This document shows, piece after piece, positions 1 to 11,515 of a stretch of DNA of 33,097 nt. The position numbers and the translations under genes are program-made. The notes under the pieces are model-generated. The model had not been told where the DNA came from. It worked only from the letters and a program-made list of their open reading frames with translations, and searched no databases. Location: contig NC_069004.1 in the NCBI RefSeq assembly GCF_001194135.2, forward strand, positions 18,351,898 to 18,384,994, read 5' to 3'. Source of the stretch: Octopus bimaculoides (Eukaryota). The first letter of the stretch is position 1, and the number at the start of each line of letters is the position of its first letter.

Positions 1-522
1 TATATATACACCCATAGCCTCGCACACACATATATGTGTACAAAACATGCTTACATGTATGTATGTATTTGTGCACGTTTGTATATTTTGTTTTGTGTAT
101 TTCTTCTCATGCATATAGTTGCATATCTAGACATGTTCATATTTAGCAGTTAAATAAATCAGTATTCAATACATAACTACAAGAAAAATGATTTTTGTAG
201 TTACGGTTTCTTCCATAACTACGGCTAGAAACAATCTGTTTACCTGTTTAGCTGCCCTTTTTATTCTGTCCCTCGGTTGTGTTGTTGTTGATGTTGTCTG
301 CAGCCATGTTGATTTTAGTAACTCTCTGCATACTAAATTCAAGCTTCAGTCTAAAATCTCTACGATCATGAATAAAAGGCTCCCTCAGCTAATTCATCTA
401 AAGATTAACCAGTTATCTAACAGGGCTGATAGATGTAGCTTCAAACTAGTAGTCATCGTATTTTCGATAAATACTCTCCCACGCCAAATACGCAATTTTT
501 TTTATTTTCTGGTATTTGTGTT

Positions 523-604
523 GTATGTATGTATGTATGTATGTATGTATGTATGTATGTATACATATATACGGATGGATGGATGGATGGATGGATGGAT
601 GGAT
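523..604. repeat. Compound microsatellite (TATG)n + (GGAT)n
   Basis: Direct read of tandem 4-mers. Confidence 0.95.
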
Positions 605-740
605 TGTCTATATTTCAGGACTCTTTCTTTGCACTGTCTCTCTCATGACATCAGCTCCTCGTTGATTGGCTGACGATGTGAAACAAACTCATTATGAATG
701 ATGCCCTTCCAATTATAGAAAAATAATATTACCCTCACAT

Positions 741-1108
741 AGGCGCAGGCATTGCAGTGTGGTAAGAACCTTGCTTCGCAACCACATGATTCCAGCTTCA
801 GTCCCACTGCGTGGCACCTTAAGCGAATGTTTTCTACTATAGCCTCGGGCTGACCAAAGCCTTGTGAGTGAATTTGGTAGACGGAAGCTGAAAGAAGCCC
901 GTCGTATATATGAGGGCGATATTCATGGGTGTGTCATTGTGTCTGTGTTTGTCCCCCACCCCCACCCCATCGCTTGACAACCGGTGTAAGTACTAGGCTT
1001 ACAAAGAATAAATCCTGGGGTCGATTTGTTTGACTAAAAACTCTCCAATGCGGTGCCCCTGCATGGCCGCAGTCAAATGACTGAAATGAATAAAAGGATA
1101 AAAGAAGA
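741..1108 (+). mobile_element. tRNA-derived SINE, family A (CORE-like central segment), near full length
   Basis: Head aggcgcaggc..gtgtggtaagaa..cttcagtccc (A/B-box-like), then ctgcgtggcacctt, aaagccttgtgagtgaatttggtagacggaa, and 3' ctggggtcgatttgtt..gcatggccgcagtcaaatgactgaaa with A-rich tail. Homologous copies at 5686, 7255, 7905, 15236, 16657, 27605 and 28825. CORE-likeness judged by eye. Confidence 0.85.
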
Positions 1109-1311
1109 ATCTCATTTGAGCAACTCTGGCAGCTTTCTTTGATAAGGATTGAACTCACTTCGACGGCTACAAGTCTTTGTTGTGACATCCTGGTCGTAAA
1201 CCTGTTTTGTTATCTGTTACGACGTTTTGCCGGAGGATTTTCATCAACTTCCGAACGATCAAACAATTCGTGGCTAGGAATCTCAATTCTTGTTCACCTG
1301 TCAACAGTCAC

Positions 1312-1392
1312 AACGAACACTGTGAACACGGTGAACATTGTGAGTACGTTGAGCACGATGAACACGGTGATTACGATGAACACGATCAATAA
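1312..1392 (+). repeat. 9-bp minisatellite (consensus about GDTGAACAC), 9 units
   Basis: aacgaacac tgtgaacac ggtgaacat tgtgagtac gttgagcac gatgaacac ggtgattac gatgaacac gatcaataa. Confidence 0.85.
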
Positions 1393-1853
1393 AATTATAA
1401 ATTTTCAACCTCACTTATGTTATTCTGATATATACATTCTGAACCCCCCCTACCTATAGTAGTTTGCCACTAAACTCAAAGAAATTTCATAACTATATCA
1501 TCCATGTTTGCTGTCTATACTGTTTACCCCTTTCCCTTTCCCTACAAAGAAAATGCCAGTGCCCTCTTAAGCTTTGAATCACTAGGTCTGATAAGATGGT
1601 CCATAAATCAGAAACAAAAAAACAAATAAAATCAGTGACAGTTAGAAATCTGCTTAGAATTATTCACTAGCCTGTGTGGTCTGGCTAAGTCAAAATGGTT
1701 TTTTGTATTCTTCCTTTCTACTTGGAGAGTTTAAATGTAGTTATAAAAATATGTCTTTCTGTTGAAATGTAATTTCAGTAAATTTCTATATCTTTGTGCA
1801 GCTGAGGATTGCTCTGCATTTTACATTTGATTTAATGTTCACATTGCTTAAAT

Positions 1854-1984
1854 NNNNNNNNNNNNNNNNNNNNNNNNNNNNNNNNNNNNNNNNNNNNNNN
1901 NNNNNNNNNNNNNNNNNNNNNNNNNNNNNNNNNNNNNNNNNNNNNNNNNNNNNNNNNNNNNNNNNNNNNNNNNNNNNNNNNNNN
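1854..1984. other. Assembly gap (first of 10; others 3514-3898, 6596-6605, 13940-14228, 18431-19119, 21764-21926, 22222-22231, 25317-26121, 27299-27585, 29252-29399)
   Basis: N runs, nearly all bounded by (TA)n, (TG)n or (GATA)n. Confidence 0.99.
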
Positions 1985-2067
<83 letters not shown>

Positions 2068-2073
2068 ATGTAC
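1985..2073. repeat. (TG)n + (TATG)n microsatellite
   Basis: Direct read. Confidence 0.95.
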
Positions 2074-2317
2074 ATAGACTGACGATCTAGTTCGTTCCCA
2101 GTTCGATTCAGTTGGGACGTGATGTTGATAAGCAGCTAAAATGGCGAAACATCGGTATCCATCACCCTTGAATGGGATCTGGGATGAGTTGTCTCACCTG
2201 TCTATGACTTGCAGGTGTTTTAACACTCAGTGTAACGAGGGACTCATCATTCAGACGCTTCAGCGCAGCAAACCGGTGATTAAACAAAACACATACGTTG
2301 AGTAAGTGTGGTTAGTA

Positions 2318-2339
2318 ATATATATATGCATGTATATAT

Positions 2340-2372
<33 letters not shown>

Positions 2373-2386
2373 ATTTATACATACAT

Positions 2387-2436
<50 letters not shown>

Positions 2437-2701
2437 TGTGGCAGACGTATTTAATTTTATGTAATATGTACTCTAGGTCACTCGGAGCTAAATCCTTTCC
2501 AAGAAAGAAAATGTGAGAAATATTTATTTTAACACGCACGCATACACATATACCCACACATACAGACATACACACACATACACACACATTCACACACACA
2601 CACACACATACACACACATTCACACACACACACATGCACACATACAAACACACATTCAAACACATGACACACAAATGTTTGTAGTCATACATACATATAT
2701 G

Positions 2702-2745
<44 letters not shown>
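2318..2745. repeat. Cluster of (TA)n/(TG)n/(CA)n simple repeats
   Basis: Direct read; interrupted by about 95 bp of non-repetitive DNA. Confidence 0.9.
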
Positions 2746-2748
<3 letters not shown>

Positions 2749-5451
2749 AAATAATGAATATTGTTCTATTAAAAGAGTAGCAGAATAATTCCATCTTTGG
2801 CGCATCCTCGTAGAAGTTAAAGAAAAAAAAACTGATGTAATTTGAAGTTTGCTAACAAATATCAAGAAATCAAAAATGAATGGAATTTGAATGGTTAGAA
2901 AGAAAGAACGGCTCACCCGCCACGGAATGTTACCTTGTACACTTTTGATAAAAGGGGAATTGCACACGAATAGAAAAAAAAGAAAATGACGGAAAATAGC
3001 AAGAGACGAAACAAATATCGCAGAATGACGAAAGATTAATCAGTATAAGAGTATAACTCTGCAGAAAGAAATGTCTAACAGCTTAGATATTTGGGAAAGA
3101 AAATACACAAAGAAAACAAAGAGCATACAAAAATGTCTTGGATTGCTACTAAGCTCTAAGATAGTTTCCAAGGAAAACGTATTCTACCATTAACATATTG
3201 GAAGCAAATAATACAATGGAGAAGAAGAGTATGGAAGAAATTAAGAATAAAGATAGATTGACTTTATTGTAAACAAGAATTCATATTTATGAAGTCAATA
3301 TTTATTTTTGTTTTTCGGTTTTTGTTTTTCATTTTTATAGTTTACTGTTTGGTATTTTGTTTTATTTTATTTCATTATTTGTAAATCAAATTTAACGTTC
3401 GTTAAACCTTAGGATTGAACGACGAATATACTACATATTTATAATTTTCTATCGAAGAGGAACATTAAAAACTGTATACATATATATACCTATATATACA
3501 TATATATATATGTNNNNNNNNNNNNNNNNNNNNNNNNNNNNNNNNNNNNNNNNNNNNNNNNNNNNNNNNNNNNNNNNNNNNNNNNNNNNNNNNNNNNNNN
3601 NNNNNNNNNNNNNNNNNNNNNNNNNNNNNNNNNNNNNNNNNNNNNNNNNNNNNNNNNNNNNNNNNNNNNNNNNNNNNNNNNNNNNNNNNNNNNNNNNNNN
3701 NNNNNNNNNNNNNNNNNNNNNNNNNNNNNNNNNNNNNNNNNNNNNNNNNNNNNNNNNNNNNNNNNNNNNNNNNNNNNNNNNNNNNNNNNNNNNNNNNNNN
3801 NNNNNNNNNNNNNNNNNNNNNNNNNNNNNNNNNNNNNNNNNNNNNNNNNNNNNNNNNNNNNNNNNNNNNNNNNNNNNNNNNNNNNNNNNNNNNNNNNNAT
3901 ATATATACATATATACATATATATATATATGTATATATATATATACATTCATATATACATATATTCATATATACACTCGCGCACACACACACACATACAT
4001 ACACGCACGCGCAAGCACATATACATATATATACATACACATATATGCACACACATACATACATACATACATACATATTTGTGTATGTTTTTGTCTACAT
4101 TTGACATAAAATGGTAATGGGAACCGGGTTTGTTTTGGGCTCGGATCAACTTGTGAAATATGTTGGATAATGTAGTTAAATAGATCGACTATATCATGGC
4201 AAACAACAGTATGTTCACAACTGGAGGGTCTTTGATGAAAGATTTACTTGAACGAACTGACCTAGGGCTAAACAACAAACCCGAGGTCTTGTTTTGAATT
4301 CTTGCGTTACACACCACCCATTTGTATCATTCCTGCGTTCTTTGATATGACTTAAATTCAATTCGATCTCGGTGTCTCTTCCTAACTCCCTAATGTCGTG
4401 ATATTTCAACCAATTTGATCAAAATTAATTTAAAAGAGTCCAGTTGTGGTTTATTCGATGATCAATAATAAGTTTGACAATAAATTAAGTATATTATTGA
4501 TAAAAACGTGGAATTACACAATGACTATATGTTTATGTTTTTAAACGCATAAACGTCACGTGATTAGTTGTTAGACAGAGACTATACGGGTTCGAATACC
4601 GTCGGATCTTCGCATTTAATTTGTCCCTTGTATGTGCCGTCACTTGATTTTTTTCTTGTTCCTTTGTTTTCTTTCTTGCTGTTTGCATTAATTATAATTT
4701 TGATTGTCATATATTCATTAACTTTCTTACTTGCTATCTCATCCAAACACCATCCACATATTTGGGACTCTCACCCACTTGTCATTCACATATCTAACAT
4801 CAGCGAGTATGCCTACACTAATCCTCACTGCTCAATCTTCCCAGGCGATTGCTGTTTCCTTGTGCTTCCTCGTAGTCAATAGCATCTCCGACTTTCCGTC
4901 CATGGCTTCTCAGCTGACCGTTCAGTCCCGCTGCAGATTTTCATGGTTTGAAGCATAGCTAAAAGATGAAAGCTGTAACTTACTGTATGCTTCCAACATG
5001 TCTGCACACGTTAACACTCTTCCGTCGCCATAGGACTTTCAAGAGATGGAATGACAAACGAGGTTACCGTGAAGAGACATCTGTACGTCATTGAGATGTA
5101 GCGATAAACGCTTGTATAACACAAGTACAGCGCTCTGAGTCTCTGTGATTAGTACTTAAAGACCAGCAGAAACGAGATGATCAGTATTCACATGAAACCA
5201 CAGGTTTTGCGTTTGAGTGTCCCTCACTTAGAAGGAAGGAAGAAATGATAATAACTAGGGCACTTCGTTCCTGGTTGTTTTAGTGCGTGGCCTGTAGTAG
5301 TAAAGCTCTGATATGAGAGTTCCAGGGTTTTGATGTTGTGTGGAATCACTTTTTAGATACTATGGTTCCCAGGTTTAATCTGAATCAGAATAGTAGCAAC
5401 TGCCAGGGTCCCAGCTAAGGGTTAACTAGCATATATGATGGCCCACATTAA

Positions 5452-5662
5452 TCCTTTCTACTATAGGCAGAAAGCCTGCAATTTGAGGGAGGGAGTTAGT
5501 CGACTAAATCGACCCCAGTATTCAAGTGGTACTTACTTCCTCGACCCCAAAAGGGTGAAAGACAAAGTCGACTCCGGCAGAATTTGAACTCAGAATAAAA
5601 AGACGGACGAAATACCGCTAAATGTTTTCGGCCGGCGTGCTAACGATTCTGCCAGCTCACCA
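5452..5662 (-). mobile_element. tRNA-derived SINE, family B (Deu/Nin-like domain)
   Basis: Reverse complement reads gagctggcagaatcgttagcacgccggc..gagttcaaattctgccggagtcgactttgtctttcacccttttggggtcgagg..gtaccac..tactggggtcgatttagtcgact. Matches the copies at 16350, 20670 and 28462. Confidence 0.85.
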
Positions 5663-5685
5663 ACAAGCACAGGCGTGACTGTGTT

Positions 5686-5848
5686 GAGGCATAGACGTGG
5701 CTGTGTGGGGAAGAAGCTTGCTTCCTAACCACATGTTTCGGGTTCAGTCCCTCTGCGTCGCACCTTGGACGCGTGTCTTCTACTATAGCCTCGCACCAAA
5801 CAAAGCCTTGTGAGTGGATTTGGTAGACGGAAACTGAAAGAAGATCGT

Positions 5849-5882
<34 letters not shown>

Positions 5883-6082
5883 TGTTTGTCCCCTACGCTA
5901 CTTGACAGCTGGTATTTGTGTATTTACGTCCCCATAACTTAGAGGTTCGGCAAAAGAGCCAAATAGAATAAGTACCAGGCTTAGTAAAAGAATTAAACAC
6001 CGTGATCCATTCATTCGACAAAAATTTCTTCCAAGCAAATACCCCATGGTCGCAGACTAATGACTGAAAGAAGTAAAAGATA
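5686..6082 (+). mobile_element. tRNA-derived SINE, family A, full length with internal (TG)n
   Basis: gtggctgtgtggggaagaagcttgcttcctaaccacatgtttcgggttcagtccc head, body collinear with 741-1108, tail atgactgaaagaagtaaaaga. Confidence 0.88.
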
Positions 6083-6428
6083 TATACATCCATATATTGA
6101 TTTGGCCACTTCGACGAATGAGGATTCAACAGGATTCACCTGCAAATATTCCTTAGTTCGCTGTTTAGTTGTTTCGTCGCATTTGCCATTCGAACCTATC
6201 CACAGGTCAGGTTGCAGGCATTTGCAGTAAGGGGGTCCGTAATTTGGGGTATACATTCTATTTCTACCCTGATCTCTTATCTTCCTTTTTCCTTGATGGC
6301 CTCGGAGTCGAGGATGGCTTGGTAGTAAGAGCTTTTCCGTTGAGCTTTATTCAGTGCTGCCGATTTCCATGTGTCGTTTATTAAAACATACATACATGTG
6401 TGCATGTGTGTATGTGTGTGTGTTTATA

Positions 6429-6480
6429 GATAGATAGATAGATTGATAGATAGAAAGATAGATAGATAGATAGATAGATG

Positions 6481-6529
<49 letters not shown>

Positions 6530-6595
6530 TTAGATAGACAGACAGATAGACAGACAGACAGAGTGGTGGATACAGATATATATATATATATATAT
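6429..6595. repeat. (GATA)n/(GACA)n/(TA)n microsatellite
   Basis: Direct read. Confidence 0.95.
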
Positions 6596-7156
6596 NNNNN
6601 NNNNNATATATATATATATATGCATATGTATTGGGGGTGTTATTCCTTGTGGATGTCATTATAGTCATTGGAAATCCGTACACATAACCAAATCAACTTC
6701 ATTATTATTTACGTAATAACACATACACACACATACATACATACATACATCATCCATGCATACATCTTACACACACACACATACACACACACACATATAT
6801 ATATTATAAGGTTTCACCGTCTTTCGTCGTACATCTGTTAGCTGGTCATTGACACTCTGTTTTAGTGTATCTGTTTGAGTCAATTGCTGTCAGACGCAGC
6901 TGTCACTGAAGTATTAAACTGTTCAGTCGCTTCCATCGTAAACTAAGTCACCTACATCATAAACAAAGACTGTCGTCTGCTCTGCTTTCATTCTAACATA
7001 TTCTACAAAACAAACAATTTGAAAGAACTCAATCATCTTTCTTTTCAATACGTTTTCATATACTATTTCTTGCTTTGTCTCTTTGTCCCTTTTATTTTGA
7101 CATTTCGTTATTTTCTTCTTTCTTTGTTCTTTCTTACTCTTTGCATCTCCCCTATT

Positions 7157-7158
7157 AA

Positions 7159-7231
<73 letters not shown>
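7157..7231. repeat. (ATT)n microsatellite
   Basis: Direct read; source of the poly-Ile ORF 7019-7531. Confidence 0.97.
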
Positions 7232-7254
7232 TTACATTGTCATTCAATATCTTT

Positions 7255-7430
7255 TATCTTTTACTTGTTACATTCATTGGACTGCGACCATGCTGGGGCG
7301 CCGTCTTCAAGACTTTTAGTCGAACGAATCGACCCCACTACTTATATTACAGGAACATATACAAACCAACACCGGTTGTCAAGCGGCAATGAAAGAGAAA
7401 CACAAATGCAAAGGCACCCACAGACACACT
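7255..7430 (-). mobile_element. SINE family A, 3' half
   Basis: gactgcgaccatgctggggcgcc..agtcgaacgaatcgacccca..caccggttgtcaagcgg is the reverse complement of the family A 3' body. Confidence 0.75.
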
Positions 7431-7434
7431 CATT

Positions 7435-7488
7435 CATACATGCATACATACAAACATACATACATACATACATACATACATACATACA

Positions 7489-7524
<36 letters not shown>

Positions 7525-7530
7525 TATATA
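7435..7530. repeat. (CATA)n + (TA)n microsatellite
   Basis: Direct read. Confidence 0.95.
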
Positions 7531-7571
7531 GGAGAGTATTGTAGTTCGTTTGAAGAGCATTGTGTATTGTT

Positions 7572-7856
7572 TGTAAAGAATAAAAAGTTTTGAATGGTAC
7601 AACAATGCATTATAATACAAAAAAAATGGACTATATACCTGTTGTAATTTGGTTATTTATAGTCCGATGATATTTTGGAATACAATTCCTTCTTCAGATA
7701 TTCTTATTAGCAGAGACTCCATCTAAGAATATCTGAAGAAGGAATTGTATTCCGAAATATCATCGGACTATAGATAACTAAATTACAACAGGTATATACT
7801 CCATTTTTTGTATTATAGTGCATTGTTGTACTATTCAAAACTTTTTATTCTTTACA
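7572..7856. repeat. Long inverted repeat: 135/133-bp arms, 17-nt spacer
   Basis: 7572-7706 is the reverse complement of 7724-7856 apart from 6 substitutions and a 2-nt difference in an A/T run. Confidence 0.97.
7733..7761 (+). ncRNA. Minimal hammerhead-ribozyme-like motif (candidate)
   Basis: CTGAAGA A GGAAT-TGT-ATTCC GAAA TAT C: intact core, 5-bp stem II, palindromic ATAT stem III. Stem I is only 2 bp by eye. Confidence 0.35.
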
Positions 7857-7904
7857 TACATATATGTATGTATGTATATATATTTTTTCAATGGGCTTTT
7901 TTAA

Positions 7905-7970
7905 TTTTCAGTGTCTATCAAATTCACACACAAGGCTTTGGTAGGCCCGAGGCTATGGTAGAAGGCGCAA
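7905..7970 (-). mobile_element. SINE family A internal fragment
   Basis: aaattcacacacaaggctttggtaggcccgaggctatggtagaag is the reverse complement of the family A body. Confidence 0.7.
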
Positions 7971-9014
7971 GTTTCTTACGACACAGCCATGATTTTGACG
8001 AGAGTGGTGCAAAGACGGTCGAGGGCGGAAATAAACCTCTTATTTCACTATGGAAGAAGCGTCATCATTATGTTGGATGTACTGTATTTTAGAATTAATG
8101 ACGAACGGCTAAATATTGATGTTGATTAACTCGACGTAGCGCACCATCTTTAAACAAGACAAGATAAACAGATTTGTTATGGTAACCTTGCATATACCTA
8201 TGACTAGAGAAAGGTTGAGTGACTATGTTTCGATTGCTTTTAATTAATAACACTGTTCAACACGAATTTTGTCCTTGGGTAGCAACTGTTATTTCCTATT
8301 TGCTTACCCCTCGAAGGTATGAAAAATGGCTAATATTTCCTTCAAGCTCTGCTTTTGTAACGATATTTATTCAAACCCCAAAGAATCCCTCTCGACACAT
8401 GGCTATGATGCTTCTCCATTAATTCTACTCATAATCAGAGATGCACATGTTGTCAGCCACTAAGGAACATGCTCAGGTAATCATGGTCAAGCAACTGACA
8501 AACAAAACTGTGATATTGTGCAGAATGTTTGTAATAATGATATTCCTGCTTCTGCAACTCAGTGCTGAATCTGATTGAAATGTAATGGAAAATAAGTCAA
8601 GTTTCAAAGCATTGATGTCCAGGTCACAAAGGCAAAGTTTGAAGGGAATGGTAGTGATTTCCTTTGATCTTTAGTTAGAAGCAAATAGGAAATAACATTT
8701 ACTGACCAAAGACAGAAAAAAATTAAAATTTTGTCATACAGTGGAATCTGACAGATCAGGGTTAATACTAACAGCAACCACCTAGATACGTTATTTCATC
8801 ACCACCGAAGTCAGAGTAACGTGACAATCAAATGAACAGACAAGAGTGCAGCTTTAGTGTTTGGCAAACTGACCATAAACCGAGAATTTCTTCGTAAGTA
8901 GAGCGATACAGATTTCTATCCCTACTAAGACAGAGATCACGCTTTCAAAATCCCTAAACTGTTATTTCGTAATAGTAAGGCATTAATTTCCTCCTTTTCC
9001 CTCCTCCCCTCCCG

Positions 9015-9900
9015 TCGCCACTAACTTCATCCACGACACAACTTAAGTCTCCACCATGTTTTTTTTTTCCTTTCTAACCTGCATAAACCTTAACTTTTTC
9101 AGCGCCTTACTTATCCCACCGAACTCTCACAACTATTCCCTGTGAATATAGAATCTTCCTAATATTGTCTTCCTTACCAAACACAACGGATTCTTATTCT
9201 TTTGATATTCACCCTTCTCTTGAATCTACCACCACTCTTTTCCATTTCTATGAAATTCTTACTCTCGCCTGTTTCTTCTTTTCTGGTGAGGTCTATCAAT
9301 AAATTACTTCAGTGTCCATGGGAGCTAAGATGAACTACAGTTATGCCAACCCGTTGATGAGCCACACTGAAACCCACTGAATTCTAAAGTTATTATATCG
9401 GTGATTACGTCGGCGTTACATTGTTCTTTGGCGATAAATGCTTAGTTTTCATTTATTTTGACAACAATTTCCACTCATCTTTGCACTTTACTTCAACCAT
9501 CCCCGACACATAATATAAAACTTCAGAACAATTAGCTTTGTTTGCCTTATCAATTCTTGGGTCCCTGTTTCATTTGTTGCTAGACAACATGAAAGTTGGC
9601 CCTTTAGTGCCTTCTTTTCGAGGGTAAACAAACCAACACTCTCCAACAGATGCGGGTATTTTTTCAGATACTTTTGTTACCTTCTTCAATATTTCTCCCG
9701 CTTTTCGTAATATAATTACAACTGATTATCTTATTTCTAATTCTGCTCAAATCAAAATACTAGTTCATTCTTCCCTGACCTTGCTTACACTGAAACTGCC
9801 AATTCATTCTTGCAATTTCTGCGATTACGACAACGATTATGGAGTAGCAACTAACTTTCTTCACAGACCCGATAAAAATGTGTCATTTCTTCCAACGTGT
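9015..9900 (+). mobile_element. Decayed Penelope-like element: RT remnant, possibly extending to the start of the GIY-YIG region
   Basis: Broken-frame translation gives PLE RT motifs in the expected order: NFIHDTT (~9020), LTTIP (cf. SLYTxIP, ~9126), FSGEVYQ*ITSVSMGAKMNYSYANPLM (9279-9359; cf. FNGxxYxQxxGxAMG..SYANLFM), YIGDYVG (9394; YIDD-like, frameshifted), FDNNFHSSLHFTSTI (~9456). A weak CVISSNV at 9879 sets the uncertain 3' boundary. Confidence 0.75.
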
Positions 9901-10304
9901 GCTTCCCCTAAGTCTTTAGTCAACTCTGACTCCAGTGAGACCACGTGACTGACAGACACTCTGTACTGTTTTTACCTAAATAAACACAGAGTTCTCTGTG
10001 ACCACGTTGGCTCTTCAATGAACTAGTCATCATAATTGTCATTATCTTTTCTATAGCCTTCTGACTGATTCTATCTTTCCAAACTCACTGGGAAAGCCAT
10101 ATGACTTTCCTAATAGTTTAAATTACTTTAGACTACTAATCTGTCTAAAATCGATTTTTCTAGATGTTTCCTGAAATCTAAACTCTCCCTCTTATAAACC
10201 GAGCCTGAAAGATTGCTTTAAGATACCTGACATATTTTATAAACATACCAGTTTAAGAATCACAAAAGCATGAAACTATTAGCAGCTCTTTCGGTTGTGT
10301 ATAA

Positions 10305-10353
10305 AGTGTGTGTGTATGTGTTTATGCATGTATGTATGTGTGTGCATGTGTGT

Positions 10354-10421
<68 letters not shown>

Positions 10422-10440
10422 ATGCATGCATGTATGTGTT
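10305..10440. repeat. (TG)n/(TATG)n microsatellite
   Basis: Direct read. Confidence 0.95.
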
Positions 10441-10444
10441 CGCT

Positions 10445-11515
10445 TCTGTTTTTAATCATTTAAATTCTTCCTCTGAAGAAGGATCTGGTTTCTAACAAAG
10501 ATAGAAACTTCCATCCTTTGAATGCAGATAACAAAACCAATGTCAAATTCTAAATTTGAGACAAGTCTTGCATGTTTTTACTCTTCATTCACAGATTGTA
10601 TTTCTGAAGTGCGAGTTGGTTGGCTGATTTCTTTTTCTGAAAACCCTAACTCATCCAGATTACCACGTAGGTATTTACTCACAAAATCAAGTGCACCAAC
10701 TATTATTGGTGTAAATGTGAATTTATACTCTGAATACGAAAGCTGGGGGTTTCGAAGCAGTTGTCCTCTTTCCCCTTGATTTTCAAGCGGATATTCACAT
10801 CAGCAGAGCGGCTGACCTGACCTCTATGACAGGACATGTTTTTTTTTGTCTGACTCAAACAATATCCAGCCTGTTGTGCTTACACTTGATGGATGTTTTG
10901 ATGGGAATGTCTCACCAGTATTACTTGTTTATGTACGTATTTGATAACAGACGAGTTCTTTACATTTATTCCAGAACGGTCTTTTTTTTCTGGATGGCAT
11001 TGTATATTGTTTCTGAAACAATATCATGTATCTTAATGAGATTCTTGGGCAGCTGCGAATCACGTGTGTGATATCTTCCACAAAAATATGACATAATCCA
11101 CATTTTTGGTTGCATCTTTAAGGTCCAATGGCTTCCTGGGGAGCTGGCTGCTGACAGGTCGGATATTGATCTCTTCATTTATCAGCACTAAGTGTATTTA
11201 CTTTTATTGTTGTTGTTTAGCAAGTGCAGTCTGAGAGAGATTATACGACATTCGAATGCGGTCTGCACTGATCTCAAGTATTTACCACCTCTTCTTAGGT
11301 AGGGCCTGTCGATGTCACTATTTCTGAGAAGATTCCCAGTTGATGTCAGTATCTTCAGGTTTTTAACGTTTATGGAGTGGATTTCCTCTAGAGACCTGTC
11401 AAGTATCCCAAATGTTGGAATCAGCACTGGCACTACAAATGCATTGTGGGGTATTGCCTTGTAAGAGGAAAGTTCCGGCTGCCATATATTTCTAAGTCAG
11501 GCATAACATTCCCGA
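10445..11515 (-). mobile_element. 5'-truncated, decayed R4/Dong-type (R2 superfamily, RLE-encoding) non-LTR retrotransposon
   Basis: Minus-strand translation: IWQPELSSYKAIPHNAFVVPVLIPTFGILD..NSDIDRPYLRRGGKYLRSV (post-RT; cf. SDVDRLYLPRxxGGRGL), CCHC knuckle KCGLCHIFVEDITHVIRSCP (~11045-11110), and RLE region YW*DIPIKTSIKCKHNRLDIV..VIEV..FTFTPIIVGAL (cf. HNRPDIV), followed by a short 3' UTR. Stops and frameshifts throughout. Confidence 0.85.

Noticed and set aside
188-673. 161-aa ORF, and an aacATGGCTGC start-like context on the minus strand near 310
   Set aside because: The plus ORF has no recognisable domain and runs through microsatellite; the minus-strand ATG reaches a stop after 19 codons.
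1575-1615. Possible decayed hammerhead on the minus strand (ctgatttatggaccatcttatcagacctagt)
   Set aside because: Both CTGANGA and GAAA are broken; cannot be supported.
2800-3000. Possible RTE-like C-terminal coding remnant
   Set aside because: Similarity by eye is too weak and the region is A-rich low complexity.
4555-4620. tRNA-like segment with GGTTCGAATAC
   Set aside because: No cloverleaf could be built; at most a decayed SINE head, not a tRNA gene.
6090-6385. Complex block with ORFs 6011-6256 (-) and 6169-6384 (+)
   Set aside because: No recognisable motif in any frame; probably a TE fragment but unsupported.
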